The translations under genes were made by a program, and so were the position numbers. The notes under the pieces were generated by a model that was not told where the DNA came from, ran no database searches, and saw only the letters and a program-made list of their open reading frames with translations. From Pseudomonas aeruginosa (GTDB lineage: Bacteria; Pseudomonadota; Gammaproteobacteria; Pseudomonadales; Pseudomonadaceae), in the NCBI RefSeq assembly GCF_001457615.1, contig NZ_LN831024.1, positions 1,800,001-1,832,000 of the forward strand: a stretch of DNA of 32,000 nt, read 5' to 3'. This document shows, one piece after another, positions 24,310-32,000 of the stretch. Positions within the stretch are counted from its first letter, which is position 1; the number at the start of each line of letters is the position of its first letter.

Positions 24310-24635
24310 TCAACTACTTCTGGTTCGTCCTCGCGGCGTTCTGCGAGATCGCCGGCTGCTACGCTTTCTATCTCTGGCTGCGGCTGGGCAAGAGCGCCCT
24401 GTGGGTGCTGCCCGGCCTGCTCAGCCTGACCCTGTTCGCCTTGCTGCTGACCCGCGTGGAGGCCAGCTACGCCGGCCGCGCCTATGCCGCCTATGGCGGC
24501 ATCTACGTCGCCGCGTCGCTGTTCTGGCTGGCTTTCGTCGAGCGCTCGCGGCCGCTATGGAGCGACTGGCTGGGCGTGGCCTTGTGCGTGGTCGGTGCCA
24601 GCGTCGTGCTGTTCGGCCCGCGCCTGTCTCAGTGA
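24306..24635 (+). CDS. ynfA: YnfA-family (UPF0060) small membrane protein
   Basis: 109 aa with four hydrophobic helices. The N-terminus [25 protein letters not shown] and the [16 protein letters not shown] segment match my memory of the YnfA family. Confidence 0.72.
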   Translation: MINYFWFVLAAFCEIAGCYAFYLWLRLGKSALWVLPGLLSLTLFALLLTRVEASYAGRAYAAYGGIYVAASLFWLAFVERSRPLWSDWLGVALCVVGASVVLFGPRLSQ

Positions 24636-24713
24636 CTCAGGCGGGGTAGGTGGCGCGCCCGTCACGGGCGCCGGACCCCGCCGTCCCGGGCCACCGCACC
24701 CCGAACCGGCGGA

Positions 24714-25001
24714 TCACTGCGAAGTGTTGCGCTGTACGTCACCTTTTTCCTGATCCAGTTCCTTGAGCATCTGCGCGTAGGCATCGCAATCGCTCGGCCG
24801 GTTCTGTTCCGAGCGGGCTTCCTGGCGCTGGCGCAACTGCTCGTTGAGTTCCCTGGCCCGTTGCGGGTTCTTCTGGGTGATCGAGGCGACCTTGGTGGCG
24901 ACTTCCTTGCCCATCTTTTCCGCCTCCGCTTCGGAACAGGCGAAGACCGGCGTGGCGACCAGCAAGGCGCAGGCGCTGGCGAGGGCGAAAAGCGGTTTCA
25001 T
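24714..25001 (-). CDS. Small secreted/periplasmic protein, unknown function
   Basis: ATG 25001 is preceded by AGGAG. The protein is 95 aa with signal peptide MKPLFALASACALLVATPVFA|C and a charged helical remainder containing 2 Cys. Confidence 0.6.
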   Translation of the reverse strand: MKPLFALASACALLVATPVFACSEAEAEKMGKEVATKVASITQKNPQRARELNEQLRQRQEARSEQNRPSDCDAYAQMLKELDQEKGDVQRNTSQ

Positions 25002-25167
25002 GGCGTACTCCTGTGGGGTGGTCCTGAGCGGTGGAGCCCGGTCGAGCCGACAAAGTTCAGCCGCAACGCCGGACGGCGACCGATTCGAACCCTCGCGGCG
25101 GGTTGCGGGTCGCACGCATAGAGAGGGTGCGAAGGACCCTCGTTGCTTATGCCGCAGGAGGTATGCC

Positions 25168-25551
25168 ATGACTCACGATTGGGATCTGGTCGAACGGTTG
25201 CTGCTGGAGGTCCGGCAGTCCGCCCATGAGAACTTCGCCCCGCGCGCCCATGCCGAACGCCTGGCCGAGGAACGCTCCCAGGCCGGGCAGCGGGTCGGCG
25301 ACATGGATGCGTTGAAGCAGAAGGCCGCCGACTACGAGGCGATCCTGCTGGAGGGCGGCTTCATCGAGCCGCGTCCGGAAGAGCAGGGCGGCAATGGCGA
25401 GAACTTCGTCCTCACGCCGCGCGGCGAGCGCCTGCTCGGCCTGATCGGCGGCGAGACGCCGAAGGCCGCCGAGGCTCGCCGGCTGCTCGAGGAGAACGGC
25501 AGCGAAGCGCTGCACGCCGAGCGCTTCGACCGTTTCGTCGCCGGGCTCTGA
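25168..25551 (+). CDS. Hypothetical cytoplasmic protein
   Basis: ATG 25168 is preceded by AGGAGG. The protein is 127 aa. The upstream portion of the tracked ORF is antisense to the previous gene and is rejected. Confidence 0.6.
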   Translation: MTHDWDLVERLLLEVRQSAHENFAPRAHAERLAEERSQAGQRVGDMDALKQKAADYEAILLEGGFIEPRPEEQGGNGENFVLTPRGERLLGLIGGETPKAAEARRLLEENGSEALHAERFDRFVAGL

Positions 25552-25616
25552 AACTGCGCCCGACGGGCGATCGGCGGGGCTTGTGAGTCGCCCGCGGCGC
25601 CACCATAGTGCGGAGC

Positions 25617-28600
25617 ATGATGCCTATTTCATCCTCTTCCGCCCGCCGCGCCGAGCCGGCTCCGCGGCCCCTGGCGGAGTTCCATCCCGTCGTCCGCCAG
25701 TGGTTCGAACGCCACTTCGCCGCGCCCACGCCGGCGCAGGTGGAGGCCTGGCCGGCGATCCGCGAGGGGCTTTCGACCCTGGTCGCCGCGCCCACCGGTT
25801 CGGGCAAGACCCTGACCGCCTTCCTCGCCGCCATCGATGCCTTGGTGGTGGAGGGGCTGGCCGCCGGCGGCGAGTTGGCGGATGCCACCCAGGTGGTCTA
25901 TGTCTCGCCGCTGAAAGCGCTGTCCAACGACATCCGCATCAACCTGGAGCAACCGCTGGCTGGCATCCGCGAGGAACTGGCGCGTCTCGGCCTGCCCGAC
26001 GTCGATATCCGTAGCGCGGTGCGCACCGGCGATACGCCGCAGGACGAGCGCGGATCGATGCGCAAGCGCCCGCCGCACATCCTGGTCACCACGCCCGAAT
26101 CGCTGTACATCCTGCTCGGCTCGGAGTCGGGCCGGCAGATGCTTGCCGGGGTGCGCAGCGTGATCGTCGACGAGATCCATGCCCTGGCCGGCAGCAAGCG
26201 CGGCAGCCACCTGGCGCTGTCGCTGGAGCGCCTGCAGGCGCTGTGTCCGCGACCGCTGCTGCGGATCGGGCTGTCCGCCACGCAGAAACCGATCGAGAAG
26301 GTCGCGCGCTTCCTCGTCGGCGCCAGCGGCAATCCGCGCGATCCGGCCTGCCGGATCGTCGACATCGGCTATACGCGCCCCCGCGACCTGGGCATCGAGG
26401 TACCGCCGGTGGCGCTGGAAGCGGTGATGTCCAACGACACCTGGGAGCTGGTCTACGACCGCCTGGCGCACCTGGCCGGCGAGCACCGCACCACCCTGGT
26501 GTTCGTCAACACCCGGCGCATGGCCGAGCGGGTCACCCGCTTCCTCGCCGAACGCCTCGGCAGCCGCCAGGTGGCGGCCCACCACGGCAGCCTGGCCAAG
26601 GAGCTGCGCCTGGATGCCGAGCAGCGCCTCAAGGCCGGGCAATTGAAGGTACTGGTGGCGACCGCCTCGCTGGAGCTGGGCATCGATATCGGCGACGTCG
26701 AGCTGGTCTGCCAGTTGTCGTCGCCGCGCTCCATCGCCGCCTTCCTGCAACGGGTCGGGCGTTCCGGGCACAGCGTCGGCGGCACCCCCAAGGGCCGGTT
26801 GTTCCCGACCTCCCGCGACGACCTGGTGGAATGCGCGGCGCTGCTCGACAGCGTGCGCCGTGGCGAGCTGGACAGCCTGGTGCTGCCACGCCAGCCGCTG
26901 GACGTGCTGGCGCAGCAGATCGTCGCCGAAGTGGCCTGCCAGGAGTGGCGCGAGGACGACCTCTATCGCCTGGTGATCCGCGCCGAGCCCTACGCCGGGC
27001 TGGAGCGCGAGCGTTTCGACGAAGTCCTGCGGATGCTCGCCGAGGGCTACCACTCACGCCTCGGCGTGCGCGGCGCCTATCTCCATCGCGATGCGCTCAA
27101 CGGCCTGCTCCGTGGCCGCCGTGGCGCGCGGCTGACCGCGCTGACCTCGGCGGGACCATTCCCGATACCGGCGACTACAGCGTGCTGCTGGAGCCGCAGG
27201 GCCTGCTGGTGGGAACGGTCAACGAGGACTTCGCGGTGGAGAGCCTGGCCGGCGACGTGTTCCAGCTGGGCAACACCTCGTACCGGATCATCCGCATCGA
27301 GCCGGGACGGGTACGGGTCGAGGACGCCCAGGGCCAGCCGCCGAACATTCCGTTCTGGCTGGGTGAGGCGCCGGGGCGCAGCGACGAGCTGTCGGCCAGC
27401 GTGGCGCGCCTGCGCGACACCCTCGACGAGCTGCTCGGCGAAGGCCAGGCATTGCCGGAAGGGCAGCGGCTGGAGCCAGCCATCGCCTGGCTCGGCGCCA
27501 CCCTCGGGCTGGACGATGGCGCCGCGCGGCAGATCGTCGAGTACCTGGCCCGCGCCCGCCAGGCCCTGGGTGGCCTGCCCGGGAGCCGGCGGCTGGTGAT
27601 GGAACGCTTCTTCGACGAATCCGGCGGCATGCAACTGATCATCCACAGTCCCCACGGCAGCCGCCTCAACCGCGCCTGGGGCCTGGCGCTACGCAAGCGT
27701 TTCTGCCGCAGCTTCAACTTCGAGCTGCAGGCGGCGGCCACCGAGGACGCGATCATCCTCTCGCTGTCCACCAGCCACAGCTTTCCCCTCGACGAGGTCT
27801 GGCGCTACCTGCATTCGGCGAGCGCCGAGCACCTGTTGGTACAGGCCGTGCTCGACGCGCCGCTGTTCGGCGTGCGCTGGCGCTGGAACCTGACCACCTC
27901 GCTCGGTTTGCCGCGCTATGCCGGCGGTCGCAAGGTGCCGCCGCAACTGCTGCGGATGAAGAGCGAGGATCTGCTGGCCAGCGTGTTCCCCGACCAGGTG
28001 GCGTGCCTGGAGAATATCGTCGGCGAGCGCGAGGTGCCCGATCACCCGCTGGTGGCGCAGACCCTTGACGACTGCCTGCACGAGGCGATGGATTGCGAGG
28101 GCTGGCTGGCCCTGCTGCGCGACATGGAGAGCGGCGCGGTGGACTTGCTGGCGCGCGACCTGCCGGCGCCTTCGGCGTTGGCGGCGGAGATACTCACCGC
28201 GCGTCCCTACGCCTATCTCGACGATGCGCCGCTGGAGGAGCGGCGTACCCAGGCGGTACAGAATCGCCGCTGGAGCGATCCCGAGTCCGCCGACGACCTC
28301 GGTGCCCTGGACCTTGAGGCGATCGAGGCGGTGCGTGGCGAGGCCTGGCCGGAAGCGCGCAACGCCGACGAGATGCATGAGGCGCTGAACAGCCTGGGCT
28401 TCCTCACCTCGGGCGAGGCCGAGGCCAATCCGGGCTGGGGGGAATGGCTTGCGCAACTGTCGGAGCAACGCCGCGCCGGACGCCTGGACTGCGCAGGCAG
28501 CACTCTCTGGCTGGCGGCGGAGCGCCTGCCGGCGATGCGCCTGGTGCATCCCGCGGCGAAGGTGCCCGACGCTTTCCAGGCGCCTCGCGGCTATCCGCCG

Positions 28601-29965
28601 CCGGACTCGGCGGAAGCGGCGACCGTGGAGCTGACCCGCGCCCGCCTGGGTGGCTTCGGGCCACGCACGGCCGGGCAGTTGGCGGCCGACCTGGGCATCG
28701 GCCTGGCCGACCAGCAGTACGCCTTGGCCGCCCTGGAGCGCGAAGGCTATGTGCTGCGTGGCCGCTTCAGTCCTGGCGCGACGGAAGAGGAGTGGTGCGA
28801 ACGCCATCTGCTGGCGCGCATCCATCGCTATACGGTGAAGCGCCTGCGCCGGGAAATCGAGCCGGTGGAGCGCGCCGATTTCATGCGTTTCCTGTTCGAC
28901 TGGCAGCGCCTGGCGCCGGGCACCCGTGGCCGGGGAGCGGAGTCCCTGGCTACGGTGGTCGAGCAACTGGAAGGTTTCCAGGCCGCGGCGGCCGCCTGGG
29001 AAAGCGAACTGCTGGCAGCGCGGGTGGCCGACTACGCCAGCCATTGGCTGGACCAGCTGTGCCGTTCCGGACGCATCGTCTGGGCGCGCCTGGCCGGACG
29101 CAGCAAGGCCGCCGGCGGTCCGCTGCGCAGCGCGCCGATCGTGCTCCTGCCGCGCCGCGAGCTGGGGCTCTGGAGCGTCCTGCAGCGCGACGCGCCGGAG
29201 CCGGAACTGTCGCCGCGCGCGGCCAGGGTACTGGAGGTGCTGCGCGAGCAGGGTGCATCGTTCTTCGACGAACTGAGCCAGGATGCCCACCTGCTGCGCA
29301 GCGAGCTGGAGAACGCCCTCGGCGAGCTGGTCTCGGTCGGCCGGGTCAACGCCGACAGCTTCGCCGGGCTGCGCACCCTGCTGATGCCGGCGGACAAGCG
29401 CAGCCGCCAGGAGCGCCGCTCGCGCGGCCTGCCGGGCGGCATGCAGGACGCCGGGCGCTGGGCGCCGCTGCGCCGGGCGAAGGCGGAAGAGGCGGGGCAG
29501 CGTTTGCCGGCGGAGGTTCTCGAACATGTCGCCCGGACCTTGCTGCGGCGCTATGGGGTGGTCGCCTGGCGCCTGCTGGAGCGCGAGGCCGACTGGCTGC
29601 CGCCGTGGCGCGAGTTGCTGCGCGTCTACCATCGCCTGGAAGCGCGCGGCGAGATTCGCGGCGGGCGCTTCATCGCCGGCCTGGCCGGCGAGCAGTTCGC
29701 CTTGGCGGAAGCGGTCGGCCTGTTGCGCGAGGTGCGCAAGCGACCGCCGGATGGGGCGATGCTGGTGGTGTCGGCAGTCGATCCGTTGAACCTGGTGGGC
29801 GGCCTGCTACCCGGCGAACGGGTGCCGGCGGTGACCGGCAACCGCCTGCTCTATCGAGACGGAGCGCCGCTGGCGGCGCTGGTAGCCGGCAAGGTGCGGA
29901 TGCTCGCGGAAGTCGACGGCGAGACCGCGCAGCAGATCCGTGCGCTGCTGATCCGCCGTCACTGA
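25617..29965 (+). pseudogene. lhr: Lhr-type large ATP-dependent helicase, reading frame broken by an apparent 1-nt deletion near 27148-27154
   Basis: The N-terminal frame carries Walker [10 protein letters not shown], the DEIH box VIVDEIH and helicase-C motifs, and looks coding up to ...[10 protein letters not shown]. Coding-like sequence then continues in another frame ([31 protein letters not shown]...) to the stop at 29965. The junction reads CTGACCTCGGCGGGACC. One extra G would restore a single ~1449-codon ORF. Confidence 0.65.
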
Positions 29966-29972
29966 GGCCCGC

Positions 29973-32000
29973 TCAGCGCAGGCTCAGATGGCGGCTGAGC
30001 AGGGCCCGCAACGCGGCCGGCTTGACCGGCTTGGACAGGTAGTCGAGGCCGGCGGCGTGGATCTCCGCCACCAGTTCCGGCCGCGCGTCGGCGCTGATCA
30101 CCACGCCCGGCACCGGCTCGCCCAGGCGCGTGCGCAGCCAGGCCATCAATTGCGTACCGGTCTCGCCGTCGTCCAGGTGATAGTCGATCAACGCCAGTTG
30201 CGGGCGCATCTCGCTGTCCAGCAGCGTGGCGCATTCCTCGCGGCTGCGCGCGGTCCAGACCTGGCAGCCCCAGCGGCTGAGCAGGCTGTTCATGCCGGCG
30301 AGGATGCTGTCCTCGTTGTCCACGCAGAGCACCTGGGCGCCGTTCAGCGCCTGCGCCGGTTCGGCCTTGTGGCCGTTGGCCAGGGCCGGCGGCGCCTGCC
30401 GCGCCAGCGGTACGCGGACGCTGAAGACGCTGCCCTTGCCCGGCCAGGAACGTACTTCCAGCGGATGGCCGAGGACCTTGCAGAGCCGGTCGGCGATCGC
30501 CAGGCCGAGACCGAGGCCTTTCTCCGCGCGGGTCTGGTGGCTGTCCAGGCGCTTGAACTCTTCGAAGATGACTTTCTGCTTGTCCGGTGGGATGCCCGGC
30601 CCCTGGTCCCAGACCTCCAGGCGCAGGTAGCCGTCCTCGCGGCGCACGCCGAGCAGCACGTGGCCCTTGGCGTAGCGGAAAGCGTTGGTCAGGAAGTTCT
30701 GCAGGATGCGCCGCAGCAGCTTGATGTCGCTGTCCACCCGCAGCTGACTGCCGCGCAGGCGGAAATGCAGGCCCTGTTCCTGGGCCAGCGCCTTGAACTC
30801 GACGCCGAGGGCATCGTAGAGGTTGTTCAGCGGGAACGGGTTGCGTTCGGCGCTGACCCGGCCGCTTTCCAGGCGCGAGATGTCCAGCAGGTCGGTGATC
30901 AGGTCCTCGGCGGAACGCAGCGACGAGTCGAGGTGCTGCACCAGGTCGCGGACCTCGCCGGGCAGCGCGTCCTGGTGGGCGAGGGCGGCGGAGAACAGCC
31001 GCGCGGCGTTCAGCGGCTGCATCAGGTCGTGGCTGACGGCGGCGAGGAAGCGGGTCTTCGACTGGTTGGCGGCCTCGGCGTTGCTCTTCGCCTCGCTGAG
31101 TTCCTGGTTCAACTGCGAAAGTTCCTGGGTACGCTCCTGGACCCGCTGTTCCAGCGACTCGTTGGCGCCCTTGAGGCCCTGTTCGGCCTCGCGGTAGGCG
31201 GTGATATCGGTGAAGCTCATGACGAAGCCGCCGCCGGGCATCGGGTTGCCGATCAGCTCGATGACCCGGCCGTTGGGGAACAGCCGCTCGGAGGTGTGCG
31301 GAGTGCCCTGGCGCATCCAGTACAGGCGCTTGGCCACGTGCATGTCCGGATCGCCGGGCCCGCACAGGCCGCGATCGGCGTTGTAGCGGATGATGTCGGC
31401 GATCGGCCGGCCGACGTAGATCAGCCCGTCCGGGTACTCGAACAGCTCCAGGTAGCGGTGGTTCCAGGCCACCAGGCGCAGCGACTGGTCGACCACGCTG
31501 ATGCCCTGGGTGATGTTCTCGATCGCGCCCTGCAGCAGGGCGCGGTTGAATTGCAGCACCTCGGAGGCTTCGTCGGCGATCCGCACCACGTCCTCCACCT
31601 GCATCTCGCGCCCTTCGATGGCGGCCTTCACCACCGCCCGCGCCGAGGACGCGCCGAGGACCCCGGCGAGCAGGCGCTCGGTGTGCGCGATCCACTCGTT
31701 GTTGGCGGTCTGGTTCGGGGTGAAGCCCTTGCCCTGGCGGTAGGCGAAGCGGATGAAGCTTTGCCGCGCGCGTTCCTCGCCGACGAAACGCGCGGCGAGC
31801 ATCAGCAGGTCTTCCACCTGCACCGCGAGCATGAAGCGCGAGTTCTGCCGCTGGGAGATCTCCTGGCCGATGAAGCGGCTGGCCTGCCAGTGCTCGGACA
31901 CGCGGGTGCGCGAGAGCACCGAGACCAGGCCGAACAGGGCGAAGTTGCCGACCAGCGAGATCAGCACGCCCTGGGTCAGCGGCTCGATCGGCAGGCCGAA
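29973..32000 (-). CDS. Hybrid sensor histidine kinase/response regulator (PAS - HisKA - HATPase - REC), 5' end outside window
   Basis: H-box SHDLMQPLNAA, G-box GLGLGLAIADRL and a C-terminal receiver (VLCVDNEDS...LALIDYHLDDGETG). The frame stays open to the window edge (FGLPIEPLTQG upstream of the tracked GTG, hydrophobic), so a membrane N-terminal domain lies outside the window. Confidence 0.85.
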   Translation of the reverse strand, partial: FGLPIEPLTQGVLISLVGNFALFGLVSVLSRTRVSEHWQASRFIGQEISQRQNSRFMLAVQVEDLLMLAARFVGEERARQSFIRFAYRQGKGFTPNQTANNEWIAHTERLLAGVLGASSARAVVKAAIEGREMQVEDVVRIADEASEVLQFNRALLQGAIENITQGISVVDQSLRLVAWNHRYLELFEYPDGLIYVGRPIADIIRYNADRGLCGPGDPDMHVAKRLYWMRQGTPHTSERLFPNGRVIELIGNPMPGGGFVMSFTDITAYREAEQGLKGANESLEQRVQERTQELSQLNQELSEAKSNAEAANQSKTRFLAAVSHDLMQPLNAARLFSAALAHQDALPGEVRDLVQHLDSSLRSAEDLITDLLDISRLESGRVSAERNPFPLNNLYDALGVEFKALAQEQGLHFRLRGSQLRVDSDIKLLRRILQNFLTNAFRYAKGHVLLGVRREDGYLRLEVWDQGPGIPPDKQKVIFEEFKRLDSHQTRAEKGLGLGLAIADRLCKVLGHPLEVRSWPGKGSVFSVRVPLARQAPPALANGHKAEPAQALNGAQVLCVDNEDSILAGMNSLLSRWGCQVWTARSREECATLLDSEMRPQLALIDYHLDDGETGTQLMAWLRTRLGEPVPGVVISADARPELVAEIHAAGLDYLSKPVKPAALRALLSRHLSLR

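Noticed and set aside
24655-24671. 7-bp hairpin GCGCCCG-TCA-CGGGCGC between the convergent ynfA gene and the small secreted-protein gene.
   Set aside because: The stem is short with a 3-nt loop, and there is no U-tract on either strand. This is insufficient to call a terminator.

Overview
This is a high-GC chromosomal window of Pseudomonas aeruginosa type; hand-counted 60-nt lines in typical genes give 70-78% GC. From memory, the gene order matches the PAO1 interval hrpA (PA3297) down to PA3271, read in reverse. About 30 genes are present. No rRNA, tRNA, CRISPR array, transposase or integrase was seen.

Left to right:
- The 3' part of hrpA, then phoA and a HIT hydrolase.
- An orphan T6SS vgrG island: VgrG, a DUF4123-like adaptor, three tandem Tli1-like lipoprotein immunity genes (the middle one decayed), and a Tle1-type DUF2235 phospholipase effector. 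A sharply bounded low-GC cassette lies inside this island, with both edges inside coding sequence.
- A convergent lipoprotein, an isochorismatase-like hydrolase and an ankyrin-repeat protein.
- A FabH-like KAS III gene, apparently co-operonic with an ECF sigma factor and a small zinc-type (HxxxCxxC) anti-sigma.
- The element I rate most interesting: a Sec-signal Cys-repeat precursor followed by DUF692 (MNIO), DUF2063 and DoxX genes. This is the architecture of bufferin / HvfA / gig-type periplasmic RiPP metallophore systems.
- The Pho-regulated porin paralogs oprO and oprP.
- A small membrane protein, an SDR, an orphan terminator that may mark an sRNA, an unknown protein translationally coupled to YnfA, and two small proteins.
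- An Lhr-type helicase broken by an apparent 1-nt frameshift.
- The 3' two-thirds of a hybrid sensor kinase.

All family names come from motif recognition by eye and from memory. No searches were run.
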